NCBI GenBank assembly: GCA_002780705.1
Contig: PEUP01000004.1
Span: 1-41,855, forward strand
DNA length: 41,855 bases
Source of the DNA: Elusimicrobia bacterium CG03_land_8_20_14_0_80_50_18
GTDB lineage: Bacteria; CG03
Reading direction: 5' to 3'
In this document: positions 1 to 9,673 of the stretch, one piece after another
Position numbering within the stretch: the stretch's first letter is position 1
Layout: each line of letters starts with the position of its first letter
The notes under the pieces: model-generated
The model's input: the letters and a program-made list of their open reading frames with translations, nothing else
Database searches by the model: none
Told to the model about the DNA's origin: nothing
Made by a program: the position numbers and the translations under genes

Positions 1-1914
1 ATCCACGACGGGAAAAGTGTTGGCCAGCGTGATACCCGCTTTCTTGTTCGGATATTTATCAAACACCTCCTTGATCGCGCGCGCTATCGGAACGATTGAT
101 GTGACAGCACCCGTGAGCTTAAAGAGTTTTGGTATCTTGGGGTCGGATACTTCCATCACCCAGTCAATTATTTTGGCCGTGAGCGCGGCGTTCTGGGAAA
201 CAATATCGCCCTCGGTGCCGTCACCTCCCTGAGGACAGGAAAGGGAATACTCGATTCCCATGACCCCGGCGTTTTCAAGTTTCTTTGTGTTGGCCTGCCA
301 GCCCTTCTTGTCTTCCTTATCGTTCCCCGTGACGGGGCCGCCGGTAGATGCCATCGTCAGTCTGTCCGGAAATTCCTTAACTAATTTCTTAACTTCCCCG
401 CACACTCTTGAAAGCGAATGGCCGGAAACATTATCGCAGTTGCCGTAAGTCGTCTCGTTGAAAGTGTGCATATATTCGCCGGGTATGTGTATGTCGCCGC
501 CGTCAAAAGCGGTCTTCATCACTCCGCCCGCCCAGCCGGCCTCATAAGCTTTTTTCATTTGGTCATAGCCGTCCGAAGGCGGCGCGGCGGAAAGTAAAAA
601 GGGCGACCTTATTTTTCTTCCGAAAAAATCCGTTTCAAGGGAAACCGGAAGCGGGTTATGGCCGCCAAGCTCGACAAAACTTTTAACATCTTTCTTTATC
701 TTCGGGGCCGGTTTCCTTGAAAGATACGCGACAGCGGAAGCGGCGGCGTTTTTACCGGAAGCGGCGGCTTCAACAACGGTTGTCGGTCCGTTAGCGTAAT
801 CGCCGGCTGAAAAAATTCCTTTCGTTTGCTCAAAACGTTTTTCGGCGCGCGTGCCGATAGCCAGGATAACATTCTTTATGTCATTTCTTGACTGTTCCGT
901 TCCGGGGATAGTCTTAAGGTCTTTGAGAGAAAACTTTTTTCCCGCGACCAGATCCACTTTGACCGTTGTGAGTCCGGAAATTTTCCCGTTCTTCGCTTTT
1001 ATCGCCGTCACCGAGGTCCTGTTGGTCAGTTCAATACCGTTTTCAAGAAGCTCCTCTCTTTCCTTGGCGCTAAGCGGCATTTCGGAAAGCGTTTCAAGAA
1101 TGAACATCTCCACTTTTGAGGCTCCGTTTTTTTTCGCCGTCACCGCACAGTCAACCGCGGATGCCCCACCGCCTATTACGGCAACTTTGCCCGCGAACTT
1201 GTATTTTTTCGGATTGCTCAAATAGTCTACGACATTGACGGCCTTGTCCTGGTTTTCAATTCCCGGCATTATCGGAGCCCAGAGACCTGTGGCGGAAATA
1301 ACGGCATTGTATCCTTTTTTCAGAAGCGCGGCAGGATCCTTAACCGCCTGCCCCGTCCGGACCTCTATGTTACCCAGGGATTTCACAAAATCTATGTCTG
1401 TCCTGATTATTTTCCTGTCCAGCCTGAACTCCGGTATGAGATTACAGGCTCCGCCGGATTCTTTTCTTTTTTCAAAAACCGTGACCTGATAGCCGTTCTG
1501 CGACATGACAGCCGCCGCGGCAAGCCCGGCCGGGCCGGCGCCGACGACGGCAACTTTGCCGGATTTGACCGATGCCTTCGCAAAACCGGGAATACCTCCA
1601 AGCTCTTTTGCTTTCTGTATGATATACGCCTGCACTTCAGGTATTTTCACGGAGCCGTCGAAATCCTTGTGGGAGCACTTCGCCATGCAGTGCCTGTCGG
1701 GGCAGACCGTACCGCAGACTCCACCGAGGGGATTGTTCTTCATGATCAAAGACGCCGAGCGGAGAAAATCCTGAGGCTCTCCCCCTTTTGCCGCCATTAT
1801 AAAATCAAAAGGCGAACAATTTGCCGGGCAAGCGGCTTCGCAGGGCCTTGCCTCACAATATTCGCACTTTGTCAGTTCCGCCTTGAACTGCATCTCAGTC
1901 ATCGTCCGTTTCAT
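1..1914 (-). CDS. Fused dihydropyrimidine-dehydrogenase-like oxidoreductase. A GltD/PreT-like Fe-S + FAD/NAD(P)H module is fused to a PreA/dihydroorotate-dehydrogenase-like barrel. The C-terminal end runs off the window.
   Basis: Absent from the ORF track because it is open to the window edge. Manual reverse translation starts at ATG (comp. 1912-1914), with AGGAGG at comp. 1921-1926. It gives MKRTMTEMQFKAELTKCEYCEARPCEAACP...GTVCPDRHCMAKC (two Cys clusters) and the dinucleotide-binding motifs VAVVGAGPAGLAAA and VAVIGGGASAVD. A DHOD/DHPD-like segment follows (FFGRKIRSPFLLSAAPPSDG...GWAGGVMKT...YSLSCPQGG). The frame stays open for 638 codons down to base 1. Confidence 0.8.
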   Translation of the reverse strand, partial: MKRTMTEMQFKAELTKCEYCEARPCEAACPANCSPFDFIMAAKGGEPQDFLRSASLIMKNNPLGGVCGTVCPDRHCMAKCSHKDFDGSVKIPEVQAYIIQKAKELGGIPGFAKASVKSGKVAVVGAGPAGLAAAAVMSQNGYQVTVFEKRKESGGACNLIPEFRLDRKIIRTDIDFVKSLGNIEVRTGQAVKDPAALLKKGYNAVISATGLWAPIMPGIENQDKAVNVVDYLSNPKKYKFAGKVAVIGGGASAVDCAVTAKKNGASKVEMFILETLSEMPLSAKEREELLENGIELTNRTSVTAIKAKNGKISGLTTVKVDLVAGKKFSLKDLKTIPGTEQSRNDIKNVILAIGTRAEKRFEQTKGIFSAGDYANGPTTVVEAAASGKNAAASAVAYLSRKPAPKIKKDVKSFVELGGHNPLPVSLETDFFGRKIRSPFLLSAAPPSDGYDQMKKAYEAGWAGGVMKTAFDGGDIHIPGEYMHTFNETTYGNCDNVSGHSLSRVCGEVKKLVKEFPDRLTMASTGGPVTGNDKEDKKGWQANTKKLENAGVMGIEYSLSCPQGGDGTEGDIVSQNAALTAKIIDWVMEVSDPKIPKLFKLTGAVTSIVPIARAIKEVFDKYPNKKAGITLANTFPVVD

Positions 1915-2088
1915 TAATATCCTCCTAAACAACATTCCAAAAATCTAATTATCAGGCAACGCTTCCGGTTTTTCAACCTTGCGCTTAAGATCCCTCACTA
2001 TCGTTCGGGATGACTGAGGCGAGGGATTCGGAATGACAGTGAAAACCGGAACCGTCCCCGTTTTCCCCGTTTTACGGTCGCTGTTTCC

Positions 2089-3027
2089 TTACTTTTTCTC
2101 AGACTCTGGCTTCGGCAGCCTGATTCCCAGATAGGACGCCGTGGCTTCCGCGTCTCTTTGCAAGCCCCTATTTGAGCTCTTTGACGCCTCAATAACTATG
2201 TTTTCAATCTCTTTTGTTTTCTGTTTCATCAGACCGAGAGCGCGGATGCCGTTTCTTTTTGTTTCTATGTTTTCCGATTTAGCGGCGTCCAGAGCCATGC
2301 CGAAACCTTTGTCACTGCCCAATTGAGCGAGAGAATACACAAGCGCATACTGAACATTCGGAGATTTTTCCTTTTCCAGCAAATTCTCAAGAGTTTTAAC
2401 GGCTTCGGGATTTCCTATCTCGCCCAGGGCTTTTATGGCCGCCAGACGCAATGATTCGTCCTTGCTCTTGGAAGCAAGCTTCAGAAGCGGCTTGGCCGCT
2501 TCCGAATAGCGCATTCTGCCGAGAGACTGTGCGGCGACGGAGCTTAACCGCGGATTTTTGTCCTCAAGCGCTTCCATGAGCGCGGGCGCGGCCTCATGAG
2601 AGCCTATCACCCCGAGAACATTGATAGCCGACAGACGCAAGCCGAGATCCGTTTCTTTTTTCAAATATTCAGCGAGGGGCTGAACAGAATTTTTATCTCT
2701 TATGTATCCGAAAGCCACGATGACCCCCGCGCGGACATTCCGGTTTTCATCACCCAGCGCCTTTACAAGAGAAGGCACACCTTCCCTGCTGCGCATATTT
2801 CCAAGCGCTTCAGCCGCCATCGCGCGCACGCCGAAATCAGCGTCATTTTCAAGAGCTTCGCATAAAATTTTCACGGCGGAGGGCTGTCTCATCCTGCCTA
2901 TGTCCCTGACGGCTTCACGCCGCACGGCGGGCGATGTGCTTTTCATAAGATGAAATTTGCTTTCCGGCGTCCCGCTTTGAGCAAAAATCAGTCCACTACA
3001 CAAAACAAGCGCGATAATTATTTTCAT
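2089..3027 (-). CDS. Exported HEAT-repeat (PBS-lyase-type HEAT) protein
   Basis: 312-aa ORF with N-terminal signal peptide MKIIIALVLCSGLIFAQSG. It carries repeated ~30-aa units of the type xxVRxxAxxALGxxxxxxAxxxL (VRREAVRDIGRM, VRAMAAEALGNM, VRAGVIVAFGYI, LRLAAIKALGEI). It overlaps the upstream gene by 4 nt. Confidence 0.7.
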   Translation of the reverse strand: MKIIIALVLCSGLIFAQSGTPESKFHLMKSTSPAVRREAVRDIGRMRQPSAVKILCEALENDADFGVRAMAAEALGNMRSREGVPSLVKALGDENRNVRAGVIVAFGYIRDKNSVQPLAEYLKKETDLGLRLSAINVLGVIGSHEAAPALMEALEDKNPRLSSVAAQSLGRMRYSEAAKPLLKLASKSKDESLRLAAIKALGEIGNPEAVKTLENLLEKEKSPNVQYALVYSLAQLGSDKGFGMALDAAKSENIETKRNGIRALGLMKQKTKEIENIVIEASKSSNRGLQRDAEATASYLGIRLPKPESEKK

Positions 3028-4040
3028 TCTTCCCTCCTGTTATGCCTCTCGGCAAAACTTCTCACCTCTGCGTCCGTATCATTCAAAAGACTCCTGAACA
3101 GCTCACGGCTTTCTTCATCGTCATAATACAGCAGCACTTTCGCCGCTGCCAGGCGAATGGCGGCATCTTTACTGTTCAATGACGGCAACACGATTTTTTT
3201 ACCGGAATCGTCCGAATCTCTCGCAAGCAGAAAAGCCGCCTCAAGCGCCATCAGCGTATCCTTTTCACCCAGATACTCTTTTAGTATGGCGGCGCTCTCA
3301 AGAGGGCGGATTTTAATCATCGCCCTGAGCGCTGTTTTGCGGGCATCGGCCGATTGATCTTTTGACGCCATCCTCTGCAAATGCTTGAAGTATTCTTCCA
3401 GCCGCATATCTCCCGCGAACTCCGCGGCGGAGATCCTGATAATCTCGCCCTTGTGTTTCAAAAGTTTATCCACCTTCTCAGCGGCGCCGGTCAACTGCAG
3501 ATTCGCGGCCGCGCGGAGCGCCTCTTTTACGACGATAAAACTGGAATCATCCAGCATGGCCAGCACTTCTCCACCCGCGATGGCCGGAGGAAACGCGCCG
3601 AGTACACGCACCGCGTCAGCTCTTATAACAGCGGCGCTGTCGCTCAGAGCGTTTTTCAGGATATCCAGAGCTATGCTCGTCAGGTTTATTTTCTGCTGTG
3701 CGGTGGCATCTTCCGCGAGTTCATCGCTGAAGGCGGCGGTAGAAACTCTCAGCTCCGGAGCGATAACAATATCGGTCTCATCAAAAAAAGCGCTGAACTG
3801 GGCGATGCCTGATACGGCCAGGCGCCGCACAAGAAGATCATTATCCGTCGCGGCCACAGCTAAAAGGTTAATGGCCGTCACCGGAGAAAGTGTAGAATGT
3901 ATCACGGAATACACCGCGCGGCGGCGGACAAGGGGCGTTTCGGAAACGATGTCTTTTCTCAAATCGTTCGCGAGGGACGCATACAGGGTCCCCGTGAGGC
4001 AGAGCGCGGATAAAACCAGAATTCTATTCATTTTCATCAT
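3024..4040 (-). CDS. Exported HEAT-repeat protein, second paralogue-like gene in tandem
   Basis: The track ORF is 3024..4076. I prefer an internal Met (MMKMNRILVLSALCLTGTLYA), which gives a signal peptide and avoids overlap with recG. HEAT-like units include VRRRAVYSV, VRRLAVSGIAQF, IRADAVRVLGAF, IRLAAAKVLL and VRSFAERH. The exact start is uncertain. Confidence 0.6.
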   Translation of the reverse strand: MMKMNRILVLSALCLTGTLYASLANDLRKDIVSETPLVRRRAVYSVIHSTLSPVTAINLLAVAATDNDLLVRRLAVSGIAQFSAFFDETDIVIAPELRVSTAAFSDELAEDATAQQKINLTSIALDILKNALSDSAAVIRADAVRVLGAFPPAIAGGEVLAMLDDSSFIVVKEALRAAANLQLTGAAEKVDKLLKHKGEIIRISAAEFAGDMRLEEYFKHLQRMASKDQSADARKTALRAMIKIRPLESAAILKEYLGEKDTLMALEAAFLLARDSDDSGKKIVLPSLNSKDAAIRLAAAKVLLYYDDEESRELFRSLLNDTDAEVRSFAERHNRREE

Positions 4041-4059
4041 AATCTTAATGATATTACTT

Positions 4060-6156
4060 TTACGAGACCTTGGCAAGATTAAATCCTTCCGCGAAACGCG
4101 CCATTATCCTCGTTTTCAGCTCCCTGTCACGCTTCAAAACCGGGTCTTTTTCTATGATAGTAAATGCCTCCTTGCGCGCCTCGTCAAGGATGGCAATGTC
4201 TGACAGCTCCGGGAATTGTTCCTCAAGCGCCTTGTTGTAATTAAAACTGATATCCATCATTCCGTGCTGCGCCGTGCCGAAGTACTGTCCGCCGCCGCGA
4301 AGTTCAAGATCTTTTTCCGCTAGCTCAAAACCGTCAGAGCATCTCAAAAAACACGAAATACGCTCAATGGCCAAAGTGTCAGCGGCGGAGAATGTCACAA
4401 AGCAATAGGATTTCTCACCGCCCCGCCCTATTCTTCCCCGGAGCTGGTGCAGTGTGCTCAAGCCGTACATGTGAGCGTTTTCAATGAGCATAAATGTCGC
4501 TCGGGGAATATCCACGCCCACCTCGATGACGGTCGTGGAAACGAGAATATCGCTTTTGCCGCTTGCGAACTTCTCCATCGCGGCGCTCTTCGCCGAGGGG
4601 GACATGCGGCCGTGGAGGAGCGTCAGCCTGTGATCCGGAAATACCTCTTCCGAAAGATATTTGTGCGCGGCTATGGCTGAATCCTCCTCCTGCGCCTCTT
4701 CTATGGCTGGATAGACAACAAAAGCCTGAAAACCCTTATCCAACTGTTTTCTAATCAGGCCGTAGGCCTCCTCCGAACTGCCCTGAAGGGTCTCCACTTT
4801 TTTCCTTCCAGGCGGCAATTCGCGTATCTCGCTCCTGTCCAAATCCCCGAATAAGGCCAGCGACAAAGCCCTCGGTATGGGGGTTGCCGTCAGCACAAGA
4901 ATGTCCGGAGACGCCCCTTTGGCGGAAAGCGCGGCCTTCTGAAGAACGCCGAAACGCTGCTGCTCGTCTATCACGATCAGAGAAAGCTTTTGAAATTTAA
5001 CATGCTCCTGGAAAAGCGCGTGCGTTCCTATAACGACATCCGCCTTACCCGCGGCTATCTCTCCCAGAGCCCGGGCCCTGTCTTCTTTTTTCATGCCTCC
5101 GGTCAAAAGAACGGTTTTGATGCGGATGCTTTCCATAAGAGAGGATAGCGTCCTGAAATGCTGTTCGGCCAGAGGAAGTGTGGGAGCGAGTATCGCCGTC
5201 TGATATCCGTTCTCTTTCGCGAGCACCGCCGAGGCCGCGGCCACCACGGTTTTACCGCTTCCAACATCGCCCTGTATGAGACGATTCATCGGATAGGGTG
5301 AGAGCATGTCTCTGAAAATATCATTGATTGCCTTTTTCTGGCCTGAGGTAAAATCAAAAGGGAGTGTTTCCTTCCATGGCGTCAGCAAGTTTTTCTTCAA
5401 ATTATACCTGAGCGCTTTTTCCGTCCTTTTAATCCGCGCGCGATTATAGGCCACAGCGCAGACGAAAACAAAAAATTCCTCAAACTTAATCCTTCTGTAG
5501 GCATCCTTCAGCGCCTCCGGAGTGGGCGGGAAATGAGCGTTTCTGAACGCATCGCCGCGGGCGGGAAAAGACAGTCGTTTTCTTGTGCCGGGGGGAATAA
5601 ATTCCTCTACGGCCTGAGCGTATTTCTCAAGAGCGTTCCACATCCAGCGCCTGAAACGCTTAACGCTGATGCCTTTTGTCAGACGGTAAACAGGCACCCG
5701 GCGGAAAAATGAAAGGCTGGCCTCTCCGGGTTTTAGCACCTCAAAATCAAAATTATTCATTGTCAAACCTTCCGCGAGGAGTTCCACTTTTCCGTAGACG
5801 GCTACCTCCTGTCCTATTTCAATGACGGCAAGGATATATTTCACCCTGTTGTGAAAAGCGAGAAGACGTATGTCCCCCGTGCCGGCTCTGTCTTTTAGAG
5901 TTATCTCAACAATGCGGGAGCGCCGCCGCGGTGATTTCCCGCCGCTTATTTTTTTGACAGTGCCGACAACGAAAAAACTCTCATCCGAAGGAAGAAGAGC
6001 GGCCAGCTCGCGCGCAGAAACAGGATTTATCCTGTCTTCCATCCTGAAAGGCAGATAAGAGAACATGTCCTCGACCGTGCGTATGCCGAGTTTCTCCAGA
6101 AGAGAAGCGTTGCCGGGGCCCACGCCTTTGATATACCTCACATCGGTTTTGTCCAT
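4060..6156 (-). CDS. recG: ATP-dependent DNA helicase RecG
   Basis: 698 aa. N-terminal wedge/OB region, Walker A GDVGSGKTVVAA, DEQQRFGV box, and C-terminal helicase motifs (QLRGRIGRG). Confidence 0.93.
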   Translation of the reverse strand: MDKTDVRYIKGVGPGNASLLEKLGIRTVEDMFSYLPFRMEDRINPVSARELAALLPSDESFFVVGTVKKISGGKSPRRRSRIVEITLKDRAGTGDIRLLAFHNRVKYILAVIEIGQEVAVYGKVELLAEGLTMNNFDFEVLKPGEASLSFFRRVPVYRLTKGISVKRFRRWMWNALEKYAQAVEEFIPPGTRKRLSFPARGDAFRNAHFPPTPEALKDAYRRIKFEEFFVFVCAVAYNRARIKRTEKALRYNLKKNLLTPWKETLPFDFTSGQKKAINDIFRDMLSPYPMNRLIQGDVGSGKTVVAAASAVLAKENGYQTAILAPTLPLAEQHFRTLSSLMESIRIKTVLLTGGMKKEDRARALGEIAAGKADVVIGTHALFQEHVKFQKLSLIVIDEQQRFGVLQKAALSAKGASPDILVLTATPIPRALSLALFGDLDRSEIRELPPGRKKVETLQGSSEEAYGLIRKQLDKGFQAFVVYPAIEEAQEEDSAIAAHKYLSEEVFPDHRLTLLHGRMSPSAKSAAMEKFASGKSDILVSTTVIEVGVDIPRATFMLIENAHMYGLSTLHQLRGRIGRGGEKSYCFVTFSAADTLAIERISCFLRCSDGFELAEKDLELRGGGQYFGTAQHGMMDISFNYNKALEEQFPELSDIAILDEARKEAFTIIEKDPVLKRDRELKTRIMARFAEGFNLAKVS

Positions 6157-6197
6157 AAATATCCCTGATATCCTTTCAATAAATTACGCCTGAACGC

Positions 6198-6226
6198 TTG
6201 CGCAATTTTAGAAAATTTTATAGCAT
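6198..6226 (+). promoter_or_regulatory. Candidate sigma70 promoter for rpmB (TTGCGC-N17-TAGCAT)
   Basis: TTGCGC at 6198-6203, a 17-nt spacer, and TAGCAT at 6221-6226, about 45 nt upstream of the rpmB ATG. It lies in the divergent recG/rpmB intergenic region. By-eye match only. Confidence 0.35.
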
Positions 6227-6271
6227 TCTCCAAAGATAGTAACGGGGCCGTCCCCTCTTGGAGGAAAAATT

Positions 6272-6454
6272 ATGTCAAAAATATGCAGCGTGTGCGGGAA
6301 AAAGGCCATGGCGGGAAACAACCGCAGTAAGTCCAACCGCGCGACAAGAAGGACATGGGGTGTCAACCTTCAGAAAATCCGTTTTGAATACAAAGACAAG
6401 ACTCAATCAGGTTATGTGTGCGTCTCCTGTTTCAAAAACGTGCGCAAGGTATAG
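6272..6454 (+). CDS. rpmB: 50S ribosomal protein L28
   Basis: 60 aa, MSKICSVCGKKAMAGNNRSKSNRATRRTWGVNLQK..., typical L28 sequence. GGAGGA lies 6 nt upstream of the ATG. Confidence 0.93.
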   Translation: MSKICSVCGKKAMAGNNRSKSNRATRRTWGVNLQKIRFEYKDKTQSGYVCVSCFKNVRKV

Positions 6455-6458
6455 TCTT

Positions 6459-7871
6459 TCAATTCCCGCCTCTTAACCTGCGGCGGATCTTGTATCTTGC
6501 CGAAGGATTCTTCGCGATTTTAAGCCAGTCTCTTGACGGGCGCGCCCGTTTGGCGGTCAGAATCTCAACGCGGTCGCCACTTTTGAGCGCGTAATCCATA
6601 GGCTGCATAACCCCGTTCACCAGACAGCCCCTGAAATGATCGCCGATGTCGCTGTGCACGGCATAGGCGAAATCCAGCGCGGTGGCCCCGTTGATGAGTC
6701 TTTTCACATCGCCCTTCGGGGTGAGAACAAATATCTCGTCATAGCTCAACTCTGTTTTGAGGTTGTGTATAAATTCCTCCCGCGAGAGATTGTCCATCTG
6801 CCATTCATAGAAGGAATCCAGCCAGTTCCTCAGGCCCGAAGCGGCGCGGGCGGACATGTCCTTGTATCTCCAGTGCGAGGCGATACCGTATTCGCTGGTT
6901 CTGTGCATTTCTTCCGTCCTGATCTGAAATTCAATGATTTCGCCGCCGACATCGCAGGTCGTGTGGATTGACTGATACATATTCAATTTGGGATAGAATA
7001 TGTAATCCGTAAAAGAGCCTTCCACCGGCACATACATCTTGTGCAGCAGAGCGAGCGCTTTGTAACAATCCGCTTTGCTCTCCGTGATAACGCGCGCGGC
7101 GACAATATCCTCAAGCTCGTCTATGCTCTTACTTTGTTTCTGCATTTTTCTGTAAATACTCAGCGGGCTTTTCACCCGCGCCTGGATAATGACATCCGTA
7201 ACCCCGCTTGCGTGAAACTGCCGGGATAAATCTTTCTCCACATTTTTGATCGCCTGACTGGCGCGGGGATGAAGAAAGCGCAGCCGTTCCTGTATTTTTT
7301 TGTATTCGCCCTCATGCATCGCGCAAAAAGCTCTGTCCTCAAGCTCGGCCTTCACGATATTCATACCCAGGCGGTGTGCCAGAGGCGCATATATCTCCAG
7401 AACCCCCTTAGCAAAACGCTCACGGTGCGCCGGTTCAAGAAATTCCGCCGTGCGCATGTTGTCAAGTTTATCGGCGAGCCTTATAATGATGACCCGCACA
7501 TCTTTGCCCATAGCGAGTACGAGCTGTCTGAGGTTCTCAGTGTCCTTGGAAAAAGAGGGCAGCTTCTTGATTTTTGTGAGGGCCGCCACAATTGAAGATA
7601 CCTCATCGCCGAACTCGGATTTGATCTCTTCCGCGCTGACCTCAGTGTCCTCCACAAGATCGTGCAGGAGCCCGGCAATCAGCGCCGTATCATCCATTTT
7701 CCACTTGCCGAGTTCCAGCGCCACGCGGTAGGGATGCAGTATATAAGGAGAACCGTCGAGCCTCAGCTGGCCGCTGTGATGTTTCTCCGCCCAGTCAAAA
7801 GCGAGCTGGACAAAATCTTTATCTTCCGAAACAGCAAGCAGTTTTTCAAGCTCTATTTTTTTTGCCAGCAT
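6459..7871 (-). CDS. rel: Short bifunctional RelA/SpoT-family (p)ppGpp synthetase/hydrolase (HD + synthetase + TGS; no C-terminal ZFD/ACT-RRM region)
   Basis: 470 aa. HD motif HDLVEDT, synthetase-domain motif MYQSIHTT...EFQIRTEEMH, TGS segment VLTPKGDVKRLINGATALDFAYAVHSDIG. The protein ends about 40 aa after the TGS domain. Confidence 0.85.
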   Translation of the reverse strand: MLAKKIELEKLLAVSEDKDFVQLAFDWAEKHHSGQLRLDGSPYILHPYRVALELGKWKMDDTALIAGLLHDLVEDTEVSAEEIKSEFGDEVSSIVAALTKIKKLPSFSKDTENLRQLVLAMGKDVRVIIIRLADKLDNMRTAEFLEPAHRERFAKGVLEIYAPLAHRLGMNIVKAELEDRAFCAMHEGEYKKIQERLRFLHPRASQAIKNVEKDLSRQFHASGVTDVIIQARVKSPLSIYRKMQKQSKSIDELEDIVAARVITESKADCYKALALLHKMYVPVEGSFTDYIFYPKLNMYQSIHTTCDVGGEIIEFQIRTEEMHRTSEYGIASHWRYKDMSARAASGLRNWLDSFYEWQMDNLSREEFIHNLKTELSYDEIFVLTPKGDVKRLINGATALDFAYAVHSDIGDHFRGCLVNGVMQPMDYALKSGDRVEILTAKRARPSRDWLKIAKNPSARYKIRRRLRGGN

Positions 7872-7898
7872 TTTATGCCCGGAAAAAAGGTGAGTGCT

Positions 7899-8888
7899 TT
7901 AGAACGGTGAATTGACCGAAAAGGAGAAAGTTTCCAGATATTTATCATAGGAAGACAGAACGGGATATTCTTTCTGCCAGGATATGTCAACATTCACCCT
8001 GTCCTGATACCAGCCTATGCCGGCTGAGTAGCCTGTCTTATGATTGTCATTGAGATCTTCACCGAATATTCCGCCCCGCAGAAAAATAATATCAGCTATG
8101 CTCTGTTCCAGCCCGGTGTGATATATTTTTATATTTTTTTTACCGTCCGCCCGCGCCTTGCTGTATTTACGCAACTCCACCTCGGATGAGACGGTCAAGA
8201 GCCGGCTCAATTGAACCATCGCCCCTGAGCGCCGGATCACGGGCGGATCGCCCGAATCAAAGCCGCTCCATGGTATGGATGACGGAGAATTGAACAGCGA
8301 CGCGGCAAAAGTGATATTCGGATGAGCCCTGTAAGTGACACCCCAGTCAATGCCGTAGCCGTTGGCGTCTGATATCCTGGCCGCGCCGCAGGAAGTCACG
8401 CCCATAAATCCGGAAAAATAATTAATGTTCATTCCGAAATTCACAGCGGGACTGACATTGTTGGAAAAAGACATGCTGAACTTGTTGACTTTCACTTCAA
8501 CGGATGAACCCGCCGTGCCGGTTGATACAATATTGGAAAGCGGCTGCCAGGCCACAGCCATGCCGCCGCCCATGAAACCCAAAAAGGTGAGAGCCCTGCC
8601 GCCGAGAATGTCATACTGATCGGCCAGTTCCTTCGGAGACTGGCGCACATTGAATGAGATAAGGCTCATGTTGGTGCCGCCGTAGAGGCCCGCCGGATTG
8701 AAATACACGGCCGAGGCGTCCCGCGCCGAACAAAGGCCGGCGCCGCCCATGGCAACGCTTCTCACCCCGGGATTATAGCCGTCATAAGCGTTATATGGGA
8801 ACAAATCCGGAAGCGCCGCGGACCATGCAAAAGAAGCGGCAAATAGAACAAACGCGAAAAGCCGGAACAAAAAACCCTGTTTAGCCAT
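7899..8888 (-). CDS. Outer-membrane beta-barrel protein (FadL/PorV-like N-terminal motif)
   Basis: The track ORF starts at a TTG (8897). I prefer the ATG at comp. 8886-8888 (MAKQGFLFRLFAFVLFAASFAWSA signal peptide). It has the motif VAMGGAGLCSARDASAVYFNPAGL, alternating hydrophobic strands, and a C-terminal ...SVNSPF aromatic terminus. Confidence 0.65.
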   Translation of the reverse strand: MAKQGFLFRLFAFVLFAASFAWSAALPDLFPYNAYDGYNPGVRSVAMGGAGLCSARDASAVYFNPAGLYGGTNMSLISFNVRQSPKELADQYDILGGRALTFLGFMGGGMAVAWQPLSNIVSTGTAGSSVEVKVNKFSMSFSNNVSPAVNFGMNINYFSGFMGVTSCGAARISDANGYGIDWGVTYRAHPNITFAASLFNSPSSIPWSGFDSGDPPVIRRSGAMVQLSRLLTVSSEVELRKYSKARADGKKNIKIYHTGLEQSIADIIFLRGGIFGEDLNDNHKTGYSAGIGWYQDRVNVDISWQKEYPVLSSYDKYLETFSFSVNSPF

Positions 8889-8893
8889 TTGAT

Positions 8894-9586
8894 TCAAATT
8901 ACCTTGTATTCCCTGAGTTTGTTCAAATCCGGTATCTCAATTGCACCCTTCTTAAGAACCAGCACACCGTCCTTCTTTAGGACCTGCAGCGTGCGGTTCA
9001 CCACTTCTCTGGCAGACCCCACAAGCTCGGCCAGCTCCTGCTGCGTCATCGGAAGCCGCCGTTTCTTTTTATACGGCCCTCTTGCGGAAGCCAGCATAAC
9101 AAGCGCTTTGACCGTGCGCTCGGCCACACTCTCATAAAAAAGCACCTCTATGTGCTTATTGGTGTCCTGCAGACGATGGCAGAGACTCGCCAGGACAGAC
9201 ATTGCCACGGAGGCATTGCCGTCCAGCAATTTCTTAAAATTGGCGGCATTGAGTTTCAGGAGTGTCACAGGGCCGATGGCCTTTACGGAAGCGCAGCGCG
9301 GCTGATTGCTTATAATAGCCATTTCTCCGAAAAGCTCGCCTTCTTTGACAATTGACAGCGATTTTATTTTCCCGTCGTCAGATGTTTTGTACACCATCGC
9401 GCGCCCTTTCACAACAAAATAAACATGACTCCCGGTTTGATTTTCTTTAAGTATGACTGCCCTGTTCTTGAATTTCACAAATTGACCGAATGCGAGAATA
9501 TTCTCAAGATCCGAGGGCGCCACGCCTTTGAGCGCTTCGAGCTTCTGCAATATCTGTATTTTTTTATTCATTTTCGTTTTCAACAA
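8894..9586 (-). CDS. Crp/Fnr-family transcriptional regulator
   Basis: 230 aa. A cNMP-binding beta-roll (GELFGEMAIISNQPRCASV) is followed by the HTH segment QQELAELVGSAREVVNRTLQVLKKDG. Confidence 0.85.
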   Translation of the reverse strand: MLKTKMNKKIQILQKLEALKGVAPSDLENILAFGQFVKFKNRAVILKENQTGSHVYFVVKGRAMVYKTSDDGKIKSLSIVKEGELFGEMAIISNQPRCASVKAIGPVTLLKLNAANFKKLLDGNASVAMSVLASLCHRLQDTNKHIEVLFYESVAERTVKALVMLASARGPYKKKRRLPMTQQELAELVGSAREVVNRTLQVLKKDGVLVLKKGAIEIPDLNKLREYKVI

Positions 9587-9673
9587 CCTCCGCTGCCTGG
9601 TATTTTACCATAATAAACTATTTAGTCAACCGTGAGATTACGATTTCAGCGCTTTTTATGTTATCATTGACCT

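Noticed and set aside
1927-2088. Hairpin-like repeat ATCCCTC...GAGGGAT (comp. strand, HEAT gene/DPD gene spacer) as a regulatory RNA.
   Set aside because: It has only a 7-bp stem with a ~24-nt loop, no second copy in the window and no flanking U-tract. That is insufficient evidence.
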